A DNA stretch of 59,227 bases from a virus (taxonomy: Duplodnaviria; Caudoviricetes), in IMG/VR virus record IMGVR_UViG_3300031577_000001, positions 1 to 59,227 of that record, one strand, 5' to 3'. The notes below the pieces were generated by a model. That model saw only the letters and a list, made by a program, of their open reading frames with translations, was not told the origin of the DNA and ran no database searches. Positions 7,129 to 16,662 of this stretch are shown piece by piece. Each line of letters begins with the position of its first letter. Position 1 is the stretch's first letter. Made by a program: the position numbers and the translations under genes.

Positions 7129-8517
7129 ATGAGTGTTTTATATGAAACATTTATGGAAGGTGCATTAATACTAGCGACTCCAACGAAAATTACTAGTGCA
7201 TCCGGGGTATTAACTTTGACATCTGCCAGCAATACTTTTATTGCATCTGGTACGGAGGATATTACTAGTATTACGGGTAATGGGCAAGGCATCTATGTGA
7301 TTATCTGGAATACTGCACGGAAATTGACTTATAATTCTTCTAAACTGTTGCTGATTGGAAAAGCAGATCGAACCACGGCAGTTGGGGATGTAGGGGTGTA
7401 TCAAGATTGCATGGGAGTTTTTACTGAACTCTTGTATCAGCCGATATCTGGCAAGGTGTCAGAAGCAGATTCCGCGACAACGGCTGATGCTTGCTCTGGC
7501 AATGCGGCGACGGCTACTAAATGGGCAACAGCCAGGACCTTGAGCTACACCGGGGATGCTACAGGCTCGATGTCGGTCGATGGTTCGGCAGAGACCAGCG
7601 CCGCTTTGACTCTTGCTTCTTCTGGCGTAACGGCCGGTACATACACCTCGGTTACGGTGGATGCGAAAGGACGGGTCACTGCCGGGACGAACCCGACAAG
7701 CGAGGCTATTAGTATAACTGGGAATGCGGCTACGGCTACGTTGGCTACTACGGCGACAACTTGTTCGGGTAATGCGGCAACCGCGACAAAGTTGGCGACG
7801 GCAAGAACTATAACTTTGGCTGGTGATGTTACAGGAAGTGGTACTTTCGATGGGTCCACGAATCTTTCTATAACAACAACCGGTGTAGAAGCGGCAAAAT
7901 TGACCACTGCTAGAACAATCTCTATAACCGGAGATGCTAGCGGCAGTGCAAGTTTTGACGGTTCGGAAAATAAAAGTTTGGAACTAACTCTCGGCAGTTC
8001 TGGTGTAACTGCAGGAACTTATAATAGTGTTACTGTAGATTCTAAGGGAAGGGTAACATCTGGAACGAATACTTCAGTTGCGAGTGTACCGACAGGTGCA
8101 GTACAAGCTTTTGCAATGTCTACTATACCGTCTGGTTGGCTGGCATGTGATGGCTCGAAAGTATCGAGAACCGATTATGCTGATCTGTATGCGCTGATAG
8201 GTACGACCTTTGGGGAAGGCGATGGCAGTACAACGTTTGCATTGCCTGCGATACAGGATAATTTTATTCTTGGATTGGGCACTACCTACGCAACGTTGGG
8301 GGCAACTGGTGGGGAAAGCACGCATACGCTGACCACTGATGAAATGCCTGCACATACTCACACTTATACGACTAAAGCGAGTGCTCAGCCTCAATCGGGG
8401 TCTGACACTGATTGTTGGTATGGTACCGCTACAGGAGCTACTGGCAGTGCTGGTAGTGGTGATGCTCACAACAACATGCCGCCTTATATCGTGCTTAAAT
8501 ATTGCATCAAATATTAA
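7129..8517 (+). CDS. Tail-fibre-like protein with GNAATATKLATARTI repeats and C-terminal tail-collar domain
   Basis: Fibre repeats; P.GWL.CDG..VSR..YA.L...IGT and HNNMPPY collar motifs. Confidence 0.85.
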   Translation: MSVLYETFMEGALILATPTKITSASGVLTLTSASNTFIASGTEDITSITGNGQGIYVIIWNTARKLTYNSSKLLLIGKADRTTAVGDVGVYQDCMGVFTELLYQPISGKVSEADSATTADACSGNAATATKWATARTLSYTGDATGSMSVDGSAETSAALTLASSGVTAGTYTSVTVDAKGRVTAGTNPTSEAISITGNAATATLATTATTCSGNAATATKLATARTITLAGDVTGSGTFDGSTNLSITTTGVEAAKLTTARTISITGDASGSASFDGSENKSLELTLGSSGVTAGTYNSVTVDSKGRVTSGTNTSVASVPTGAVQAFAMSTIPSGWLACDGSKVSRTDYADLYALIGTTFGEGDGSTTFALPAIQDNFILGLGTTYATLGATGGESTHTLTTDEMPAHTHTYTTKASAQPQSGSDTDCWYGTATGATGSAGSGDAHNNMPPYIVLKYCIKY

Positions 8518-8528
8518 GATCAATAAAC

Positions 8529-8577
8529 TAGCCAAAGCAAAGAGAGCCGGATTATTCGGCTCTCTTTGCTTTGGCTA
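8529..8577. terminator. 21-bp perfect inverted repeat (probable terminator)
   Basis: tagccaaagcaaagagagccg / cggctctctttgctttggcta. Confidence 0.7.
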
Positions 8578-8641
8578 TTAACTTTGAATATAACAGCATG
8601 ACTGTTTAAATATATTTATATATACCAAGGAGGCGAGAGCC

Positions 8642-8830
8642 ATGCCAATAGTTAACTGTAGTAAAACCGATTGCCTAAACCACGGCAAAGATGTCTGCAC
8701 GGCTAATAGAATAAAACTGTTTAAAGGTAAATGCGACGGCTATATTACCAGCGCTGGTGGCATGAAACTTGTTGCCCCTCCGATGGAACGAAGGCATGGC
8801 AGCTTGCAGAATATGAGAACTAAACCATAA
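8642..8830 (+). CDS. Small Cys protein (DUF1540-like)
   Basis: VNC...DC..H....C.A..I......C pattern; AGGAGG RBS. Confidence 0.6.
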   Translation: MPIVNCSKTDCLNHGKDVCTANRIKLFKGKCDGYITSAGGMKLVAPPMERRHGSLQNMRTKP

Positions 8831-8885
8831 TGCAAGTCGCACTTAGGAGCCTGCTCAAAAATGAGCAAACTCAACGGGGAAATAG

Positions 8886-9236
8886 GTGATTGCTATGCTA
8901 GTTAAACCGCATCGAATTGTAGATAAAACAGGTATGAAAAAAGTAAAAGCCATTGACCATTGCGAACGATGTGGACGCGAGGCCAACGGCTTTTTTAATT
9001 TAGAAGTCGCCCATGTTATAGGCAAGGGTGCGGGTGGGCCTGACATTAAGGAGAATTGCTTGAAACTGTGTGGCCCGGCTTGTATGAGTGCAGGGTGTCA
9101 TGGTGCAGATCACCGGGGCAAGATTGGTAATGATGAACTATTCGGTTTGATCGCAGAGCGTGAGGGAAAGACACTGGATGAGATAAAGGACATAGTACAC
9201 AGGGCTTGGAGGTTTGGCGAGTATGAAGCAACTTGA
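8886..9236 (+). CDS. HNH-like endonuclease
   Basis: CERCG, AHVIG.GAGG.D..EN...LC...CH...H; upstream of terminase. Confidence 0.75.
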   Translation: MIAMLVKPHRIVDKTGMKKVKAIDHCERCGREANGFFNLEVAHVIGKGAGGPDIKENCLKLCGPACMSAGCHGADHRGKIGNDELFGLIAEREGKTLDEIKDIVHRAWRFGEYEAT

Positions 9237-9357
9237 CGATTTACTAAACTCCGCTTTCGATAAGCACCCCAAGGCAATGGATTTAGTATGTTTTTATATT
9301 GCAATGGCTTTAAGTTGCTTCATACTTGTGCTTTGGCAATATGTTAAAGGAGCGTAA

Positions 9358-9723
9358 ATGATGGAGATAGAGACATTACCACCTATTCAACTACAAAAGT
9401 TATGTATGAAACTATCGGAGCGTATAGAACAACTGTGCAATGTGGTGGGCGGCTATGAAGTAGATGTAAGCGCCAAGGCTAAGTTATACAAGCGAGCGCA
9501 AGCACAGGCAGCGGTAATGGTTGACAGGAAGATACCGCCAAGCTTAGCTAAGATGGTTATAGAAGCTGAACCAAATGTAATGGCGGCGGCTGATGAATTA
9601 GAACAGGCAGAGGCTACGCTTATATTAGGGAAAGCTGAGCTAGCAGGGGTTGAGGCCAAATATCAGGCTGTGAAAAAGATTATTGATTTAAAAGTATGCG
9701 AGATAAGAAATTTTAGAGGTTAG
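9358..9723 (+). CDS. Helical hypothetical protein
   Basis: AAGGAG RBS; ORF track. Confidence 0.6.
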   Translation: MMEIETLPPIQLQKLCMKLSERIEQLCNVVGGYEVDVSAKAKLYKRAQAQAAVMVDRKIPPSLAKMVIEAEPNVMAAADELEQAEATLILGKAELAGVEAKYQAVKKIIDLKVCEIRNFRG

Positions 9724-9781
9724 GCGATAATGAAAGTTTGCTAGATGCGGATACTTTGCAGTAGATAGTAGGTGGTGGTGA

Positions 9782-10339
9782 TTGGCACGGCATGATTGGG
9801 TAAAACTAAAAAGCAAATACCTTGCAGGATTATATAAGGACCTAAAAGAGTTTGCCACTAAAGAAAAAATTAATTATCAAGTGGTGCGAAATAACTCTAA
9901 AGGTTGGAACGAAGAAAAGTTACAGTACAATGACATGAAAGTTACAAAAATTACACAGCGAACTATTGATAAAGTAGTTGAAAAAGAAGCAGACCGAAAC
10001 GCCAAGCATTTAGCGATTCAAGATTTAGCGCTTGATGCTATAGAGGAATATCTAAAAAATAGGCATTTTAAAAAGCATGTAATAAAGTATAAGTATTATG
10101 ATAGCGAGGGGAAAGCGGATCACGAAGAACTAAAAAACGTCGAGTTAGAAGTAATGGATTCACGCGCGTTTTCAAATGTCGTTGCTTCATTGGAGAAGTT
10201 ACAAAAAGGTCAGCGGCTTGCTTTGAATATGGATAAAGACAATAATGAAGCAAATGATCTTGTAGACGATGGCTTTATAGATGCACTAAAAAATGAAGCG
10301 CTTGATATATGGGCAGATGAAGGTGAACAGCATGAGTAA
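9782..10339 (+). CDS. terS: Terminase small subunit
   Basis: N-terminal DW..LK..Y HTH; C-terminal DDGFIDALK; position before terL. Confidence 0.75.
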   Translation: MARHDWVKLKSKYLAGLYKDLKEFATKEKINYQVVRNNSKGWNEEKLQYNDMKVTKITQRTIDKVVEKEADRNAKHLAIQDLALDAIEEYLKNRHFKKHVIKYKYYDSEGKADHEELKNVELEVMDSRAFSNVVASLEKLQKGQRLALNMDKDNNEANDLVDDGFIDALKNEALDIWADEGEQHE

Positions 10340-10407
10340 ATGGATGTGCTTCGTTTCAGGACTATATACTGGAGTCGCAATACTAATAATATTGTTAATG
10401 ATTTATA

Positions 10408-11742
10408 ATGGCTGAGATCGTTAAAAAGGTTACCAAAGCAGTGCTTTTCTTTGTTGCCTTTTCACTCAAGCAAAAAAAGATACTTACATGGTGGACCGAG
10501 GCAAGCCCATATAAAGATTGCAATGGGATAATATGCGATGGTGCAATCAGAGCCGGGAAAACAGTTCCCATGGCTCTTTCTTTTGTATTTTGGGCAATGG
10601 ATACCTTTGATGGCCATAACTTCGGCATGTGCGGCAAGTCGATAGGCTCTTTCCAACGTAATGTGTGGACATGGCTTAAACCTGCGCTAATTATTCGCGG
10701 TTATAGGATAAAAGAAAAGCGTACCGGTGAGGACAAGCACACCGAAATAGCATTTAGAGGAAAAATAAATAAGTTTTATATATTCGGCGGCAAGGATGAA
10801 CGAAGCCAGGATTTAATACAAGGTATTACACTAGCAGGAATACTTTTCGATGAAGTGGCACTCATGCCAGAATCATTCGTCAATCAAGGGACTGGACGTT
10901 GCTCTGTAAAAGGTGCAAAATATTGGTTTAACTGTAATCCTGACGGGCCAATGCATTGGTTTAAAGTCAATTGGCTAGACAAAATTATAGATAAAAAATT
11001 ATTCCACTTACATTTTGAGATGGACGATAATCCTAGCCTAGAAGAAGAAATTAAGCACAAGTATAAAACTATGTACGCCGGAGTATTCTTCCAGCGCTTT
11101 ATTCTCGGATTATGGGTTATGGCTCAAGGAGCTATATATAAAGATTCTTGGTCTGACGAAAATCTTTTTGATGATAGTGATATGGAACCTGGAATATTAA
11201 ATAATCCGTCATATAGACGCTATATTGTAATTGACTACGGTACGGCAAATGCAACGGTATTTTTGGATTGCATAGATGACGGGACGATTATATGGGTGTT
11301 TGATGAATATTATCACAGCGGCCATAAAACGGGCGTAACTAAATCAGATAAAGAATATACGGATGACTTGCTAACTTTTATTGATAGCAAGGGTGAAAGT
11401 TCGCTTAAGCCAATAATTATTATCGATCCATCAGCAGCCAGCTTTAAGGCCGAAATAAGAAGCCGCCATTTTAGATTGCGTGACACAATAGAAACAGTTA
11501 ATGCTGATCACGAAGTATTGGATGGTATTCGCATGGTGTCGAGCATGTTATTACGGAATTTATTGCGCATACATCGTAAAAAGTGCCCTAATACAAAAAA
11601 CGAATTATTATCATATGTGTGGGATGATAAAGCTATCAATAAGGGATTGAAAGAGCGCCCAATTAAGATAAATGACCATAGTTGCGATTGTTGTAGGTAT
11701 CTAGTGAAGACGGTAGTATCTCCTAGAAGATTAACACGCTAA
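10408..11742 (+). CDS. terL: Terminase large subunit (PBSX family)
   Basis: GAIRAGKT Walker A; FDEV Walker B; IDYG, IDPSA, NDH.CD nuclease motifs. Confidence 0.95.
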   Translation: MAEIVKKVTKAVLFFVAFSLKQKKILTWWTEASPYKDCNGIICDGAIRAGKTVPMALSFVFWAMDTFDGHNFGMCGKSIGSFQRNVWTWLKPALIIRGYRIKEKRTGEDKHTEIAFRGKINKFYIFGGKDERSQDLIQGITLAGILFDEVALMPESFVNQGTGRCSVKGAKYWFNCNPDGPMHWFKVNWLDKIIDKKLFHLHFEMDDNPSLEEEIKHKYKTMYAGVFFQRFILGLWVMAQGAIYKDSWSDENLFDDSDMEPGILNNPSYRRYIVIDYGTANATVFLDCIDDGTIIWVFDEYYHSGHKTGVTKSDKEYTDDLLTFIDSKGESSLKPIIIIDPSAASFKAEIRSRHFRLRDTIETVNADHEVLDGIRMVSSMLLRNLLRIHRKKCPNTKNELLSYVWDDKAINKGLKERPIKINDHSCDCCRYLVKTVVSPRRLTR

Positions 11743-11746
11743 TGCC

Positions 11747-12322
11747 TTATAGATTTAGATTCATATAAACGCCGTCGAGATCATCCTGGGTAATGCCAAT
11801 ATATCGAAGAGTGGTCGAAGGTGTTGAGTGATTAAATAACTTTTGTATAACCTCAATTGAAACCCCGGATTTATAAGCGTGATAGCCGAATGTTTTTCGC
11901 AGGGTATGCGTTCCAATCTTATCTGTTATTCCAATCTCCCTGGCAGCATTATTTATGATTTTATACGCCTGATCCCGTTGAAGGGGAGCCTTACCATTGT
12001 TCTGCTTCTTTGATAAAAAGAATGGTTCATCAAATGAAAATTTTCTTGTTTTTAGGTATTCAATAATGGCTTTTCTGGCAACGTCACTAATCGGAAAATC
12101 TTTCATCTTGTTTGTTTTTATCTCACGAAGAGTAATACGGTCACGAATTTTACCCTTTTCATCAACTACATCGTGAATTTTTAAATTCAGTAAATCGCTA
12201 ATGCGTAAACCAGAGTTTATTCCAAGCGTAAATAGACAATAGTCTCTAACGTTTTTAGCTAGGAGAATTTTCTTAATCGTATTGATTGTTTTTTTATCGC
12301 GAATCGGTTGGACAAATTCCAC
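11747..12322 (-). CDS. Small tyrosine recombinase (resolvase type)
   Basis: GLRISD, HTLRKTF, FNH, TLRYIG catalytic motifs; no arm-binding domain. Confidence 0.92.
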   Translation of the reverse strand: MEFVQPIRDKKTINTIKKILLAKNVRDYCLFTLGINSGLRISDLLNLKIHDVVDEKGKIRDRITLREIKTNKMKDFPISDVARKAIIEYLKTRKFSFDEPFFLSKKQNNGKAPLQRDQAYKIINNAAREIGITDKIGTHTLRKTFGYHAYKSGVSIEVIQKLFNHSTPSTTLRYIGITQDDLDGVYMNLNL

Positions 12323-12339
12323 TTATAACACCCCTCACA

Positions 12340-12491
12340 TAATCATACATAATTTAATTATAACGCCTGTTATGTATGATGTAAAGAAATAGCATAGAAA
12401 TGTTCATTAACAAAAACAACCGCCAACCCTTATATAACAAGGATTCCCGGTTGTATTGCAAATCATACACAACTTTATTATGTATGATTAT
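12340..12491. other. Recombination site A (accessory inverted repeat plus dif/lox-like core)
   Basis: atcatacataa-N17-ttatgtatgat at 12342-12380; aatcatacacaa-cttta-ttatgtatgatt at 12461-12489. Confidence 0.8.
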
Positions 12492-12515
12492 ATCAGCAAA
12501 GGGAGGAGGAATATT

Positions 12516-13919
12516 ATGGCTAAGAAAAACCGTAGCCGACAACAAGACATTGAACAGCGCAGGCAACATGTTCGAGCAACAGATAGTTTTTCTAATCCCA
12601 TGGCACGAATCGGATTTGGCACTCCTTCCATGCTTGAAGGTACGGAATATCCAATCACACGGCTAACTCGCAATTACACCCTTCTTCAATCCTTATACCG
12701 ATCCCATTGGATTGCGCGCCGGATCATCGATACTCCCGCGGAAGACATGTGTAAAAATTGGGTTACATATAAGTCGCAAATTGCACCGGATTTGATTGAT
12801 AGATTGACGAAGCTAGAGCGCAAGACTCGTGTAAAGACTCGGTTCATTGAAGGGCTAAAGTGGGGTAGGCTATTCGGTGGCGCTGCTGGGGTTATTATGA
12901 TTGACGGCCACGAAGGAATACTTGATCAACCGCTTGATTATGACATGATTATGCCGGGTTCATTTTGCGGTTTAATGATCCGCGACCGATGGTCCGGGGT
13001 ATCGCCCGTGGGACAATTAATTACCGATCATCGCGACCCTGATTATGGGTTACCAGAGTATTATACTGTTACCACTGATGCATCAGAGACATTCAAGATT
13101 CATCATTCGCGCATATTGCGTTTTATAGGTAGAGATGTGCCAATGTGGGAGAAACAGGCAGAGGTTTACTGGGGCGTATCCGAGGTTGAACATATTTATG
13201 ATGAATTGAAAAAGCGTGATAATACCTCTTGGAACATTGCTAATTTGGTATTCCGGGCTTATTTGGTTTCTATGAAGATGGCTGACCTGGGGCAGGTACT
13301 CTCGATCGGGGACAGAGAAGCACAAAAAGAAATATATAATGTTGTTCAAGCCCAAAACTGGCTTATGTCTAATTTTGGAATACTACTAATGGACAAAGAT
13401 GATGATTTTGACACAAAGGCTTATTCATTCAGCGGACTGGCTGAGATTCAAGAAAGCTTTATGTACGACATTGCCGGTGCTGCTGAAATTCCTGTAACAA
13501 AATTATACGGAAGATCACCGGCGGGAATGAATGCCACCGGCGAATCAGATATGCAAAACTATTATGATAATCTTTCCATGAAGCAAGAGGCTGACGTAGG
13601 ACCACTACTTGATAAACTCATGCCCATTATGGCAATATCTGAATTTGGGTACTTGCCGGATGATCTTGATTATACTTTTAATCCTGTGGATTCACCGACA
13701 GCCAATAAAAAGGCTGAACTTGGTGAAAAACTATCTGAAACAGTTGGTAAGGCTTTTGACCGTGGCTTGATAAGCCAAAAGGTAGCATTAAAAGAATATC
13801 GGCAGCAATCTGATATTACCGGCCTTTTCACCAATATCACTGATGAGGACATTGAGAAGGCAGATGATTATACTCAATTGCCTGATGCAGAACCACGCGA
13901 TGACGAGGTATTGATATGA
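12516..13919 (+). CDS. Portal protein (DUF1073 family)
   Basis: LYRSHWIARRIID.PAEDM, RLFGGA, IHHSR, IPVTKLYG.SP.G.NATGESD..NYYD. Confidence 0.92.
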   Translation: MAKKNRSRQQDIEQRRQHVRATDSFSNPMARIGFGTPSMLEGTEYPITRLTRNYTLLQSLYRSHWIARRIIDTPAEDMCKNWVTYKSQIAPDLIDRLTKLERKTRVKTRFIEGLKWGRLFGGAAGVIMIDGHEGILDQPLDYDMIMPGSFCGLMIRDRWSGVSPVGQLITDHRDPDYGLPEYYTVTTDASETFKIHHSRILRFIGRDVPMWEKQAEVYWGVSEVEHIYDELKKRDNTSWNIANLVFRAYLVSMKMADLGQVLSIGDREAQKEIYNVVQAQNWLMSNFGILLMDKDDDFDTKAYSFSGLAEIQESFMYDIAGAAEIPVTKLYGRSPAGMNATGESDMQNYYDNLSMKQEADVGPLLDKLMPIMAISEFGYLPDDLDYTFNPVDSPTANKKAELGEKLSETVGKAFDRGLISQKVALKEYRQQSDITGLFTNITDEDIEKADDYTQLPDAEPRDDEVLI

Positions 13920-14095
13920 CAATATGCGATATGTGTAGGCGTGATTGCAACTCTAATTGTATTATTCCTTTTTGCCTTACTCGTAGTTTTGAAATGAATG
14001 ATATATGTGCCAATTGTAATAATTTAATAAAACTTATGAATGGAATGTGCGCAACAAAATGTTTTGAGTTTAGTGCATATGATCCTAAAAGGTGA
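13916..14095 (+). CDS. 59-aa Cys-rich protein (MTICDMCRRDC...)
   Basis: ATGA overlap with portal stop; GAGG RBS; 9 Cys; translated by hand. Confidence 0.5.
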   Translation: MTICDMCRRDCNSNCIIPFCLTRSFEMNDICANCNNLIKLMNGMCATKCFEFSAYDPKR

Positions 14096-14099
14096 TTGT

Positions 14100-14903
14100 A
14101 TGGCAATAAATAAATGGGAAGGCCCTCACAGAATTGAACTTGAATTCCAGAGGGCTTTATTTCGTTTTCTGATGCGAGTGTTTAATATTCCATTCGATGA
14201 AGGTAGCTCTTATATATGGAACTGGAATGATGCACTTAATCAATTAGCCTACACAATGGCAGAAAAGATGGTCACACAAACTCTGCATAGCACCGCTAAA
14301 TCATGGCGAGAAGCCGCCGCAAATAGTTCCAATGGTAGGCGAATATATGAAATGCTTCACAATGAGCTACAATGGCCTACGGGATTTAAGGTGCTAGAGT
14401 TAATTGAACAGAACGCACAACTAATCCGGTCATTGCCTCAAGATATGGCACAAGAAATAAATAAGAAGATTTTCGATGCCACGATGTCTGGTAATCGTCC
14501 TGAAGCTATATTAAAAGAACTACTACCTGATATGGCGCATAATAAAGCCCAGCTAATAGCTAGGACTGAATCAGCAAAAGCACAAACTGCATTAATTCAA
14601 GTAAGAGCAGAAAATTTAGGACTAAATCATTATGTATGGCGAACGGCTACAGACCAGCGCGTACGATCATCGCATAAACACATGCAAGGAATTATTTGCA
14701 GTTTTGATGATCCGCCAGCACCCGAACAATTAATAGGGATAAAATCAACACTGGGCCATTACCCACCGGGAGGTTGCCCAAATTGCAGATGTTTCCCGGA
14801 AATTATTGTTGATATTGACGATATTGGATGGCCTCACGAGTGTTATGTAAACGGAAATGTAAGGACACTGGGTAAACGCCAATTCGAGCGTATAAGCGGA
14901 TAA
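14100..14903 (+). CDS. Head morphogenesis protein (SPP1 gp7 / Mu F-like)
   Basis: LIARTE, W.T..D.RVR.SH, NCRC motifs. Confidence 0.92.
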   Translation: MAINKWEGPHRIELEFQRALFRFLMRVFNIPFDEGSSYIWNWNDALNQLAYTMAEKMVTQTLHSTAKSWREAAANSSNGRRIYEMLHNELQWPTGFKVLELIEQNAQLIRSLPQDMAQEINKKIFDATMSGNRPEAILKELLPDMAHNKAQLIARTESAKAQTALIQVRAENLGLNHYVWRTATDQRVRSSHKHMQGIICSFDDPPAPEQLIGIKSTLGHYPPGGCPNCRCFPEIIVDIDDIGWPHECYVNGNVRTLGKRQFERISG

Positions 14904-14940
14904 AAATATTTTAGGCAGAAACATAAGGACAACATAAATT

Positions 14941-14976
14941 AAACGGCTTGTAGGCTAACTGCGAGGCCGTTTTTTT
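14941..14976 (+). terminator. Rho-independent terminator
   Basis: acggcttgtag...ctgcgaggccgt followed by T-tract. Confidence 0.7.
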
Positions 14977-15008
14977 GTTAGCAGATAATATTTCGCGGAG
15001 GGGATAGA

Positions 15009-15341
15009 ATGAGGCGCGAATTGAGGGCGTATCTTGAAGCTGAACTGAGGAACTATAATCAGAACAAAACTGATTTGGACAGTATGATGCTGATGACTAG
15101 CAAACGGTTGCTTCGAGTCGAACAGATAATTACAGCAATAGAAACTGTAGTTGAGTCATTGCCGCCAGAAAAACATCAACTAGTAGAACTAAAATATTGG
15201 GCGCGACCGCAGATGTTGAATAGTGAGGGTATAGCATCACAGCTACATTGTGATCGCCGGACTGTTTACCGATGGATTGACGGAATACTATCAGATATTG
15301 CTACTGAATTAGGCGAGCATGAAATGAAAGGCGTTGGTTAA
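15009..15341 (+). CDS. Second RinA/ArpU-like regulator (sigma region-4-like HTH)
   Basis: Y.EAELRNY...LVELKYW...IA.QLHCDRRTVYRW. Confidence 0.8.
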   Translation: MRRELRAYLEAELRNYNQNKTDLDSMMLMTSKRLLRVEQIITAIETVVESLPPEKHQLVELKYWARPQMLNSEGIASQLHCDRRTVYRWIDGILSDIATELGEHEMKGVG

Positions 15342-15346
15342 ATAGC

Positions 15347-15625
15347 ATGAGTATATTTAAACAAAATAAAAAACTGCCAGTACAACCAACTAGTAATAAA
15401 ACAAAACTAGAACCATTAAAAAAAATAGATAATACAGATCAAGACAAAATTATGGTTGATCTTTTACAACAATCAGAACCGCCCAACCAAAAGCCGGAGC
15501 ATCTTAAAAAGCGGCTTGAAGATATTATATCAAACCCTTATACTTCAACGGCTGCTTCTTTAATGGCTATAGAAATTTTGCTTAAATATTTATTAAAGCC
15601 CTGCTATCTAAGCGTAACAGCGTAG
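15347..15625 (+). CDS. Hypothetical protein
   Basis: ORF track. Confidence 0.45.
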   Translation: MSIFKQNKKLPVQPTSNKTKLEPLKKIDNTDQDKIMVDLLQQSEPPNQKPEHLKKRLEDIISNPYTSTAASLMAIEILLKYLLKPCYLSVTA

Positions 15626-15675
15626 AATACAGAGTTTTTTATTTAGTATAAAAATAAAAGGAGTGATTTATAAAC

Positions 15676-16245
15676 ATGGTTGATGAAAATGTACAAATTT
15701 TGGTAGGATCATTAGCGGTAAGCGCTACAAATCCATTGCCAACACTAGCAAAAGAACAGACAAAAGGAACATATGCTATTGCCGCGGTAGGAGTAACCCC
15801 GGCAGCAACACCAACTGATGTCGTGACCGTATATGGTTCGGCGACTAAAACAGTTCGCATTAAGCAGGTTATTGTAAACGGTCTAGCTACAACCGCCGGA
15901 ACTATGGACGTATCACTTGTAAAGCGGACAGCAGCAAACACGGCAGGCACTTCTACGGCCCCAACTATTGCACAGTTTGATTCTACTGATGCCGCGGCTA
16001 CGGCTACGGCAGCGCAGTACAGCGTTAATCCTACCTCTGTAGGCGCAGGCGTGGCTCTGGCGACTAAAAAGCTTAACATGGGAGTTGCTGGCTCAACTGG
16101 AACAATTGAATTTAATTTTGCCAATAGAAATGATAAGGCATTGATTTTACGCGGCACAGCGCAGGGGCTGGCGATTAACTTTAACGGTGGTACTGTACCT
16201 ACTGGCGGGGCGCTTAGTTATTCAGTAGAGTGGGAAGAAGAATAG
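15676..16245 (+). CDS. Ala/Thr-rich beta protein, possibly virion-associated
   Basis: AAGGAGTG RBS; composition resembles structural proteins. Confidence 0.65.
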   Translation: MVDENVQILVGSLAVSATNPLPTLAKEQTKGTYAIAAVGVTPAATPTDVVTVYGSATKTVRIKQVIVNGLATTAGTMDVSLVKRTAANTAGTSTAPTIAQFDSTDAAATATAAQYSVNPTSVGAGVALATKKLNMGVAGSTGTIEFNFANRNDKALILRGTAQGLAINFNGGTVPTGGALSYSVEWEEE

Positions 16246-16296
16246 AATAGACGACTATAGGCCGTTATTTTTATGCCCGAAGGGTGGTGATTTATT

Positions 16297-16485
16297 ATGC
16301 ATGGGAAAGAAAGCCCAATGGCTAAGCGAACCCAACGTACTCCAATGAAAGCATATGGGGTGCATGTTGCTGCTACACCAAATAAAGTGACATCTACGGT
16401 AGAGCCGGTTGCTACTCCTACAGTGGAAACGGCGGTTACTCCGGCTATTAGCACACCTGTAGCAGAGGCAACTCCTGTTGGGTAA
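16297..16485 (+). CDS. Small Pro/Thr/Val-rich protein
   Basis: RBS; ORF track. Confidence 0.45.
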   Translation: MHGKESPMAKRTQRTPMKAYGVHVAATPNKVTSTVEPVATPTVETAVTPAISTPVAEATPVG

Positions 16486-16505
16486 GTGAAGCAGAAAAAT
16501 AGTCA

Positions 16506-16642
16506 TATCATACATAAGTAGGTTGTGTATGATTTAGCTATAGCCTGGAACCCTTAATATTACTGAGTTTATTTCAAGATAGTTGTTATAGGTAAAATAT
16601 TAATCATACATAATGATATTTAATTGTTAATATGTATGATTA
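16506..16642. other. Recombination site B (inverted relative to site A)
   Basis: atcatacataa-gtagg-ttgtgtatgatt core at 16507-16534; accessory inverted repeat taatcatacata...tatgtatgatta at 16601-16642. Confidence 0.8.
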
Positions 16643-16662
16643 GTTTTTAAGTAGGTGATGCA

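Noticed and set aside
8085-8517. DGR template/variable repeat or shufflon pairing with 32590-33037
   Set aside because: No reverse transcriptase; differences are not adenine-specific; same orientation and no flanking crossover sites
11747-12322. Prophage integrase with attP
   Set aside because: Only 191 aa with no arm-binding domain; no host flanks; plasmid replicon present
12516-13919. Anti-CBASS Acb1 function sometimes attached to DUF1073 portals
   Set aside because: Only the portal domain is present; no HxT phosphoesterase extension seen
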